Positions 9,947 to 20,836 of a stretch of 64,000 nt of DNA are shown here, piece by piece (position 1 is the first letter of the stretch; each line of letters opens with the position of its first letter). Location: the NCBI GenBank assembly GCA_017439405.1, contig JAFSJF010000142.1, positions 191-64,190 of the forward strand, in the 5' to 3' direction. This DNA is from Bacteroidales bacterium (lineage in GTDB: Bacteria > Bacteroidota > Bacteroidia > Bacteroidales > F082). The notes beneath the pieces are model-generated. The model had not been told where the DNA came from, did not search any database, and saw only the letters and a program-made list of their open reading frames with translations. The translations under genes were made by a program, and so were the position numbers.

Positions 9947-11166
9947 AATTGCATGGTATTTTGTCGGTTAGATTGCTCTTTTCCATTAACAGGTTGCTCG
10001 GTCTGAGGTTTGGTTCCGCTCTTTTCATTCGTTTTCTTGCTGCATTTCCGGAAAGCGAAAGCCACAACTGCAACGATGACTATCAGAACGAGAAGCACAA
10101 ACAACAGTTTTTTCTTTGGGGTTCGGCTATGGTCCATCACCGAAGGCAGGCCATACACCGGCGCGGGACGCTCCTCAATTTTTTCCAATGGTCTCGGCGC
10201 GTTGAAGGATGCATGTTCCTCCTTCCTGGCCTGCTCCACTGGATTTTCTACTATCGGTGTGTCGATTTCGGGTTTCGGCTTCTCTTGGGACTTTGTTTCT
10301 TCCTGAGGCTTTGGCTCTTCTGGCATTTCCTGCTTGAGGGCTTCTTCCTCTGCTTGGCCAGTATCCTTAAGGTATTGTTTGTAGTCTGCCTCCACCTCGG
10401 CGAAGGTCGTCCATAGCAACTCGTCGTTGCTGCCGTAGCTGAACGCATCGGCTTCCTCGATTTCGGCAATAATGGCCGTGTTGTTGTCTTTCGACTTCCC
10501 GGCGCACTGCTGTTTCAGCTTCTCGCATTTCCGCTCGAAACTTAGCGTTTCGTCGGAGAAGAGTTGCACCAACTCCCAATCGCCCCAGCCTTCCACCACG
10601 CCGTCGGAGCAGAGCATGAGGATGTCGCCTGCCTTCAACTCGTCAATTTTCACGATTGACGCGCTGGCGGGCTTGCCGTCTTTCTGCGCCATGATGGCTT
10701 TGGAGATGCGGTTCGACATGGGATGGAACCGGCCCGCCTCGACGGTAATTTCCTTGGTGCGCATCAGTTCGCCGACCAAGGAATGGTCCCAAGTGTGCCA
10801 CAGTTTCTGTTCCGACGGGCGGAACAGGTAGATGCGGCTGTCGCCGATGTGGGCGGCATACCACACGTCGGGCGTGCGGAACACGCCCGTGAAGGTGGTG
10901 CCCATCTTTTCGAGTTCAGGCTCTTTTTCCAAAAGCTGGTTGAGGTCTTGCTGCACCTTGTTCAGTGCTTGCTGTATCTCCATCTTGCCGATGGGTTGCG
11001 GTTCGGCGAAGGCCTTCAGCATGGCCTCCACCACGAAGGCTGAGGCGCGCTCGCCGTAGCTATGGCCGCCCATGCCGTCGCACACGGTGAGCAACGCCGC
11101 GCTCGTGCCGAGGCTGTCTTCGTTGTTGTTGCGTTTCCCTTGCTGGGAGAATGGGTATGTTTTCAT
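9943..11166 (-). CDS. PP2C-family Ser/Thr phosphatase with C-terminal membrane anchor
   Basis: QQGKRNNNEDS..VCDGMGGHSYGERAS..LCSDGV are PP2C motifs. A C-terminal TM segment LLFVLLVLIVIVAVVAFAF is present. There is a 4-nt overlap with the caspase gene. Confidence 0.85.
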   Translation of the reverse strand: MKTYPFSQQGKRNNNEDSLGTSAALLTVCDGMGGHSYGERASAFVVEAMLKAFAEPQPIGKMEIQQALNKVQQDLNQLLEKEPELEKMGTTFTGVFRTPDVWYAAHIGDSRIYLFRPSEQKLWHTWDHSLVGELMRTKEITVEAGRFHPMSNRISKAIMAQKDGKPASASIVKIDELKAGDILMLCSDGVVEGWGDWELVQLFSDETLSFERKCEKLKQQCAGKSKDNNTAIIAEIEEADAFSYGSNDELLWTTFAEVEADYKQYLKDTGQAEEEALKQEMPEEPKPQEETKSQEKPKPEIDTPIVENPVEQARKEEHASFNAPRPLEKIEERPAPVYGLPSVMDHSRTPKKKLLFVLLVLIVIVAVVAFAFRKCSKKTNEKSGTKPQTEQPVNGKEQSNRQNTMQL

Positions 11167-11212
11167 TGTTGAATTGTTGGTTGTTGAATCGTTGAAATGT
11201 TGTTGGTGCGTC

Positions 11213-11280
11213 GCTCAGGAGCAGCCGGGCGGGGCTGGGTAGCTCGCTGCCGCGAGCGCCCCGCCCGACTGCTCCTGAGC
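11213..11280. repeat. Long intergenic hairpin (23-bp arms, 1 mismatch) between kinase and phosphatase genes
   Basis: The arms are gctcaggagcagccgggcggggc and gccccgcccgactgctcctgagc. The loop contains an inner gctcgc/gcgagc stem. Confidence 0.85.
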
Positions 11281-11324
11281 GGATGGGGATGCCCGTCTTG
11301 CCCGTGGGCGCAACGGAACACGGG

Positions 11325-13421
11325 TTAGTTCTGACGGACAGGGCGCACCGTGAAGCCAGTGTAGCGGTAGATGTAGCCGTCCACGTCGCAGTCGTCCGAA
11401 CCGAAGTAGAGGTACCACGCGCGGCCCGGGGTGAACGCGTAGAGCGAGCGCGACCAGTAGTAGCCGTAGGAGCCTGGGTAGTAGAGCTCCGAGTCCCAGC
11501 GGTAGCCGGCGGCGGGCAGGAAAAGCGTAGTCCCGTTCAAATTCGAGGTGAACTCGCGGCCCCACACGCCGTTCCTTTTCGTCCATTGGTCGGTCGTGTT
11601 CGCCCGCAGCTCGTCCCACTGCGCCTTGCTTGGTGTGCGCCAGCCGCTGCCCCAGTTGGCCGCGGCGGGGTCGTCGCCCGTCTGCAAGGCGGTCAGGTTG
11701 TCGGTGAAGCCGTTGTTGCCATAGTCGCTTTTGTTGCAATACTTTGTCAGCTTGTCGTAATTGCCATTGGCGTATTTGTATGAATCCCAATTGTAGGTGC
11801 TCTTCGTGCTGGTCTCGCCCCAGGCATAGTAGTTGCCGTAGCCTTCGGGCTTGCTCGCGCCAAGGTTGCAGGTGGCCCACAGCGTGCCGCTCGGCAGGCC
11901 GAGGTCAACCCATTCGTGGCCGCCCGCACTGCCGTTGCCGCCTTGCTGGGCTTGCAGTTCCTGTTCCAGCTTGGTTTTCTTGGCCTTCACCTCGTCCACA
12001 TACTTGCCTTTGGGATAGGCCTTCAGGTAGCTCTCGCAGGCCGCCACGGTGGTGCATTTCTTGTAGGCGGCCTCTTCTTTCTTCTCCGCATCGGCTTGCG
12101 CCTGGGCTTCGGCCTCGGCCTGTTGCTGGGCTTGGGCGAGGGCAGCGGCTTGCTGCACTTTTGCTGCGCTATCGGCTTCGTGTTGCTCCACGATGGCCTT
12201 GGCTTCATTGTAATGCAGGGCGTTGCGGCCGTAGTCGCGCATGTAGGCGCGGTAGTCCGAGGCCGTCTGGCAGGCTTCGTAGGCAAGCGTGTCGGGATCG
12301 GTGGGCTTGGGCTTGGGTTTCAGGAGAAGCACCAGCAAGAAGACCACGGCGGCTGCGGCGAGGGCTATCCAGAGCACGGGCTTAGGCTTGGCGGTCGTTG
12401 AGCCTGCCGGGGGTGGGGTTTTACTCCCCCCTGCGGTGGGATTGGGTTTACTCCCCCCTGCCCCCCTCTGAGAGGGGGACGGCCTACCGGGGTTCGGTGA
12501 ATCCCTCCTACCCCCCTTTGCAAAGGGGGAGGGCCTACCGGGGGCTGAGGGACCTTCGGTCTCGTCGTCGTCGCCTTTGATGATGGCGAAAAGTTCTGCT
12601 GCGTCCTTGGCGCGTTTTGTCGGGTCAACCACGAGGCATCGCTCAGCCACACGGCGCCATTGCTCGGGCATTTTGTTCAAGCCGCTCACGTTGCCATTCA
12701 CGATTTTGTTGTAGATCTCCATGTCGGCCTGCGCGGTGTTGGCCGCGCCGCTGCCCGCGCTGAAAAGCTGCTGGCCCGTGAAAAGCTCATAGAGGATGGC
12801 GCCATACGACCAAAGGTCGGTGTTGAGGCGCAATGGATTGCCCTGCAACTGCTCCGGCGAACTGTATCTTGGCGTGCCCGCCCCGAAGCTGTTGCTGAAC
12901 ACGCTCCCGTCAACCACGCCGGCGGCCTTGCTCAGGCCGAAGTCGGTGATGAGCGGGATGATTCGGCCTCCGTGCTTCACGATCAGGATGTTGCCAGGCT
13001 TTAGGTCGCGGTGCACCACCTTGTGCTGGTGCAGGAAGTCGATGCCTTCAAGCAATTGTGTGGCGATTTCCTCCTTCTGCTCCACCGTCAGGCCTTGCCT
13101 GATGGCGTTGCCAAGGTTGCCGTCGGGGTAGTATTGCATGACGGCGTAGTCGAAGATGCCGTTGGGCATTTCGTAGGAGTAGAACTCCTCGTAGTTGGCG
13201 ATGTTGGGGTGCTTGGGCACGTGCGCCAAGGCCTCAAACTCGTCTTTCAGCGAGAAGGTCTTCTTGCCGTCGGCAGTGGTCTTCACCTCGCTGACCTTGA
13301 TGGCCACCTCGCGGTGGAGCACGTTGTCGTAGGCCTTATACACCGTCCCGAAGCCGCCTCCGCCTATGCGGTCGCGGCTCGGGCTGTAGGTGTAGCGGCT
13401 GAAAAATTCTTGTTGGGTCAT
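11325..13421 (-). CDS. Ser/Thr protein kinase - Pro/Gly linker - TM - coiled coil - C-terminal FISUMP-type (Fibrobacter paralogous) domain
   Basis: The kinase motifs are GGGGFGTVYKA, AIK, HRDLKPGNIL, DFG and SPE. The TM segment is VLWIALAAAAVVFLLVLLL. The C-terminus reads WVDLGLPSGTLWATCNLGA..YYAWGE..WRTPSKAQWDEL..FLPAAGYR..GYYWS..GFTVRPV. The start MTQQEFF is at 13421. The first 23 codons of ORF 11325..13490 translate the REP hairpin. Confidence 0.88.
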   Translation of the reverse strand: MTQQEFFSRYTYSPSRDRIGGGGFGTVYKAYDNVLHREVAIKVSEVKTTADGKKTFSLKDEFEALAHVPKHPNIANYEEFYSYEMPNGIFDYAVMQYYPDGNLGNAIRQGLTVEQKEEIATQLLEGIDFLHQHKVVHRDLKPGNILIVKHGGRIIPLITDFGLSKAAGVVDGSVFSNSFGAGTPRYSSPEQLQGNPLRLNTDLWSYGAILYELFTGQQLFSAGSGAANTAQADMEIYNKIVNGNVSGLNKMPEQWRRVAERCLVVDPTKRAKDAAELFAIIKGDDDETEGPSAPGRPSPFAKGGRRDSPNPGRPSPSQRGAGGSKPNPTAGGSKTPPPAGSTTAKPKPVLWIALAAAAVVFLLVLLLKPKPKPTDPDTLAYEACQTASDYRAYMRDYGRNALHYNEAKAIVEQHEADSAAKVQQAAALAQAQQQAEAEAQAQADAEKKEEAAYKKCTTVAACESYLKAYPKGKYVDEVKAKKTKLEQELQAQQGGNGSAGGHEWVDLGLPSGTLWATCNLGASKPEGYGNYYAWGETSTKSTYNWDSYKYANGNYDKLTKYCNKSDYGNNGFTDNLTALQTGDDPAAANWGSGWRTPSKAQWDELRANTTDQWTKRNGVWGREFTSNLNGTTLFLPAAGYRWDSELYYPGSYGYYWSRSLYAFTPGRAWYLYFGSDDCDVDGYIYRYTGFTVRPVRQN
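12411..12543. repeat. Two pairs of direct repeats including perfect palindromes, embedded in-frame in the kinase linker
   Basis: gg(t)ttactcccccctgc occurs twice. ccccctctgagaggggg-acggcctaccgg is followed by ccccctttgcaaaggggg-agggcctaccgg. The region translates as GRPSPFAKGG..GRPSPSQRGAGG. Confidence 0.85.
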
Positions 13422-13426
13422 ATAGT

Positions 13427-13454
13427 GTTGAATTGTTGAATTGTTGAATTGTTG
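13427..13454. repeat. 3.5 x 8-nt tandem repeat (gttgaatt; mRNA sense CAACAAUU) forming the kinase 5' leader
   Basis: Direct reading. A degenerate version lies at 11167..11206, directly upstream of the PP2C start. Confidence 0.85.
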
Positions 13455-13481
13455 TAGAGACGCGCCGTGGCACGTCTCTAC
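13454..13481. repeat. REP-like 28-nt palindrome gtagagaCGCGCCGTGGCACGtctctac
   Basis: Second copy of the element at 2369..2396. It lies between the FHA gene stop (13487) and the kinase start. Confidence 0.85.
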
Positions 13482-13486
13482 TGGGT

Positions 13487-14047
13487 TCAACAGGTCAAAT
13501 CATTGTCGTTGCCGGAGCTTTCAGCTATGTTGACGCGGAAGGTGGTTTCGCCGAGGCGAAACGTGTCGCCGTCGCTCAAATAGAGTTCCTCGTCGGCATC
13601 CAAACGGTTGCCGTTGAGCGACACGCCGTTCTTGCTTCCGAGGTCTTTCAGTATGAATCCCGACTTGCCGCGTTTGCGTATGGCGGCGTGTTTGCGGCTC
13701 ATCTTCTTGTCGGCGGTCGCCACTTCCACATCGGGACGGTGTTCCGGTCCCCCGCTGTTCTTGCGTCCGATGGTGTAGTAGTCGGAAGTCAACTCGAAAG
13801 TCTGATAGCTTGTAGTGGCGTTGGCCATCACCTCCAGCAGCAGCGAGCAGTCAGGCTCGTTGCCGCCGAGGGTGGGGTCGCTCTCGAACTTCGAGGCGTA
13901 GGCCATCGGGATAGGCACGTTGTATTTGGCGCCGCATTTGGGGCAGGCCACCTGCTTCGTGTGCCCAAGGTCGCTCTCCGCGATGGGGATGACCATCCGC
14001 GACTTGCACTTGGGGCACGTCTGCGCGATTTTCAGTATTTTGCTCAT
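13487..14047 (-). CDS. Zinc-ribbon (MJ0042-like) plus FHA-domain protein
   Basis: The N-terminus has CPKCKSRM..CPKCGAKY. The C-terminus YTIGRKN..MSRKHAAIRKRGKSGFILKDLGSKNGVSLNGNRL..GDTFRLGETTFRV is the FHA domain. Confidence 0.85.
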   Translation of the reverse strand: MSKILKIAQTCPKCKSRMVIPIAESDLGHTKQVACPKCGAKYNVPIPMAYASKFESDPTLGGNEPDCSLLLEVMANATTSYQTFELTSDYYTIGRKNSGGPEHRPDVEVATADKKMSRKHAAIRKRGKSGFILKDLGSKNGVSLNGNRLDADEELYLSDGDTFRLGETTFRVNIAESSGNDNDLTC

Positions 14048-14063
14048 GACACCTTAATCAATA

Positions 14064-15290
14064 TTATGCGATGAAATCATCCATGTCCATGTGGTTGTCG
14101 ATAGTAACGTCAGGGTCGTTCATTGACAAGGCAGTATCGTCCACATCCTGATTCTCGGCCATAAATTCCTGTTCGGGGTTCTCCAGGGCTTCGTCTGGTG
14201 TAACGATAACGCCACCAATACCTGACACGTTATCCTCATTGATGACGAGGTTGCCATCTTCGTCCACGACTGGGTCAAGGATCAAGGTGTCCAAGTTGCC
14301 GTCACCGGTAGTATCGAGAACAAGGTCTAGGTTCTCGTTGCCATCGGCATCCACTATCAAAGTGTCGATTTGTCCATCACCATCCATGTCGGCAGCCTCA
14401 TAAACATCGCTTTCGTTTAGCACAAGCACATTGTCTTCAACGGGATTCACGGTGTTGGCCTCTGCGTCTGGGGCAATGTTTACGCCTGCAATCTCAACCA
14501 CTTGTCCGTCGAGGTTTTCGTTCGCGTCAAGGATAAGGGTGTCGAAGTTGCCATCACCCGTGGTGTCAATGATAACATCTGGTATTTCGTTGCCATTAGC
14601 ATCGACAACAGCTGCATCAGGAGTTCCGTTGCCATCAAGGTCGAATACCTCAATAACATCGCTTTCTTGGAGATTGAGTGTTTCTGGTTCGGGATTGGGC
14701 TCTGGCTCTGGATTGGGTGTTGGTGTAGGATCAGGTTCGGGTGTTTCTGGTTCATACTCGATATTTGAAGTGGTGTGATGCACGTCAGCCCAATACTGGT
14801 CGTGCTCCTCGGGCGACATGGCGTTCCACTCGTTAGCGTAGTAGGTGCCGTAGGTGTTGCCGTGCCAAACGAACAGTCCGCCCGATCCCACCTCTTGCCT
14901 TGCAGCGGCGAAGGCTTGGTTGAAACTCATTGAGTCGTTCACGCCCGTGGCTACGGGCATGTCGTGGCCTTGCAGGTGGGTTGATGCCGATGGGGTCGGT
15001 TCGGGCGACAGGCCTTCCTCGCTGATGTCGCCATGGTCATCGGGAGCGTCGGGGAACACGTTGACGGGCGTGAGGATGCCGAGGGCAACACCTGCCGCTG
15101 CGCCCGCTCCGGCAATGCCTGCCGTCTTGATGTCTTTCTTGCGGATCTCATCGGGAATCCGTTTTCCTCCGTTTTGAGTTTCGGCTGCGGTGTCGGCCAC
15201 CGTTTCCTCGTTCATCGCAAAGCCCTCGTTCTTCGGAGCTTGCTTTTCGTCATTGACCTCTTTCGGGTCGAAAATCGTTTCGTCGTTCAT
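14064..15290 (-). CDS. Single-pass membrane protein with highly acidic, duplicated DxDGDG (EF-hand/dockerin-like) repeat ectodomain
   Basis: The TM segment is IKTAGIAGAGAAAGVALGILTPV. A PEPxP linker follows, then two ~70-aa repeats (..DLDGNGTPDAAVVDANGNEIPDVIIDTTGDGNFDTLILD.. and ..DMDGDGQIDTLIVDADGNENLDLVLDTTGDGNLDTLILD..). I recognise no family name. Confidence 0.6.
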   Translation of the reverse strand: MNDETIFDPKEVNDEKQAPKNEGFAMNEETVADTAAETQNGGKRIPDEIRKKDIKTAGIAGAGAAAGVALGILTPVNVFPDAPDDHGDISEEGLSPEPTPSASTHLQGHDMPVATGVNDSMSFNQAFAAARQEVGSGGLFVWHGNTYGTYYANEWNAMSPEEHDQYWADVHHTTSNIEYEPETPEPDPTPTPNPEPEPNPEPETLNLQESDVIEVFDLDGNGTPDAAVVDANGNEIPDVIIDTTGDGNFDTLILDANENLDGQVVEIAGVNIAPDAEANTVNPVEDNVLVLNESDVYEAADMDGDGQIDTLIVDADGNENLDLVLDTTGDGNLDTLILDPVVDEDGNLVINEDNVSGIGGVIVTPDEALENPEQEFMAENQDVDDTALSMNDPDVTIDNHMDMDDFIA

Positions 15291-15541
15291 AATTGGTTGA
15301 TTTTTTTGTTAAGTGACTGTTCAAAACAAAAAACGGGACGCGAAACGCACACGCGCGCCTCGCATCCCGCTGTTGGAAGTTGGACTAAGGAAGAGGGAAA
15401 CTACCCTCCAATGTAAAATATTTTAACTATTTGGTGGTCAATCATATAAATTGTTAATTTGTCTGTTTCGTGTCGATTAGGCCGCAAAGACAGGCATAAT
15501 GCCGTAGAAAACCAAATTTTGGCGGAAAAATCCCAAGAAAA

Positions 15542-19906
<4,365 letters not shown>

Positions 19907-19911
19907 TTTAG

Positions 19912-19953
19912 TTTAGAGTTTTGAGTTTAGAGTTTAGAGTTGAGGGTGAGGAG
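19912..19953. repeat. 6 x 7-nt degenerate tandem repeat (tttagag family) filling the nadE-thioesterase spacer
   Basis: The units are tttagag ttttgag tttagag tttagag ttgaggg tgaggag. Confidence 0.8.
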
Positions 19954-19955
19954 CA

Positions 19956-20705
19956 TTACTTCATCTCGAAATGCGGGATCGGCTGGAGCTTGAAGAGGTT
20001 AGTCACATGCTTGTGGTCGATGTGAGCCTTGGTGTCGGGGTCTTCACAAATGCCTGTGCGGATGTAACGGTCGAGGACGGCATAGGTGAAGCCAAGGTTG
20101 TCCTCGTCGCTTTTGTTGGTAAGGCCGTCTGAAGGAGTCTTCTCCACCAACTCGACAGGAAGGCCAAGCTCCTTCCCTATCGCCTTGACTTCCTGTACGG
20201 TAAGTCCGCCGAGGGGCGAGAAGTCTCCAGCAGCATCGCCATAGCGGGTCGAATAGCCCACCCAGTCCTCGGAGAGGTTGCAGGTATTGGCCACACGACC
20301 GTTCATCGATTGCGAAACGGCATACAAGGTACTCATTCTCAGGCGCGGCGGAAGGTTGATGGTGGTCTGGCGGCTGACTTCGGCATCCAAAGTGCCAAGT
20401 TGCTCCTTCACGGCAGCGATTAATGTATTGTATGTGTTTCCGATGTTGACGCAGCAATGGCGGATGCCGAGGTGGTTGATGAGCTTCATGCTGTCGTCGA
20501 TGTCGGGTTGCACGCCGTTGGGCATGGTCACGCCAATGACGCGCTCCTTGCCGAGGGCTTCGACACAGAGGCCTGCCACGACACTGCTATCCTTGCCGCC
20601 CGAAATGCCGATGACGGCGTTGCAGCCTTTTCCGTTCACTTCAAACCAATCGCGAATCCATTGCACGACTTGGTCTTTGACTTGTTTTGCATTGAATGGT
20701 TCCAT
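19956..20705 (-). CDS. nadE: NH3-dependent NAD+ synthetase
   Basis: It has the PP-loop GISGGKDSSVVAGL and is of nadE-like length. ATG 20705 is preferred because the ORF-track TTG start at 20738 overlaps the promoter box. Confidence 0.88.
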   Translation of the reverse strand: MEPFNAKQVKDQVVQWIRDWFEVNGKGCNAVIGISGGKDSSVVAGLCVEALGKERVIGVTMPNGVQPDIDDSMKLINHLGIRHCCVNIGNTYNTLIAAVKEQLGTLDAEVSRQTTINLPPRLRMSTLYAVSQSMNGRVANTCNLSEDWVGYSTRYGDAAGDFSPLGGLTVQEVKAIGKELGLPVELVEKTPSDGLTNKSDEDNLGFTYAVLDRYIRTGICEDPDTKAHIDHKHVTNLFKLQPIPHFEMK

Positions 20706-20735
20706 TTTGACAAAGTTTGTTCGTTGTATTTCGGG

Positions 20736-20743
20736 CAAATATA
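20736..20743 (-). promoter_or_regulatory. -7 box TAtaTTTG for nadE
   Basis: The reverse complement of caaatata is TATATTTG, 30 nt upstream of ATG 20705. Confidence 0.5.
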
Positions 20744-20808
20744 GGGGTTTTTCGTCTCCGTTCTTGAGAATTATGAAATTTTTGCCTATCGGTGCGGAGA
20801 AAAATCCC

Positions 20809-20816
20809 TATCTTTG
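20809..20816 (+). promoter_or_regulatory. -7 box TAtcTTTG for parC-like gene
   Basis: TAnnTTTG match 20 nt upstream of ATG 20837. It is divergent from the nadE promoter. Confidence 0.5.
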
Positions 20817-20836
20817 CAAGCATTAGAACACGAAAT

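Noticed and set aside
11215-11880. 221-aa minus ORF, + ORFs 11283..11783 and 11744..12385, and others through 13.4 kb
   Set aside because: They are off-frame or antisense products of the kinase gene and the GC-rich hairpin, rich in Arg/Pro/Gly, with no motifs.
13422-13490. N-terminal extension MNPVETCHGASLQQFNNSTIQHY of the kinase ORF
   Set aside because: It is a translation of the REP-like palindrome and the octamer repeats. The same DNA element occurs in non-coding context at 2369-2396.
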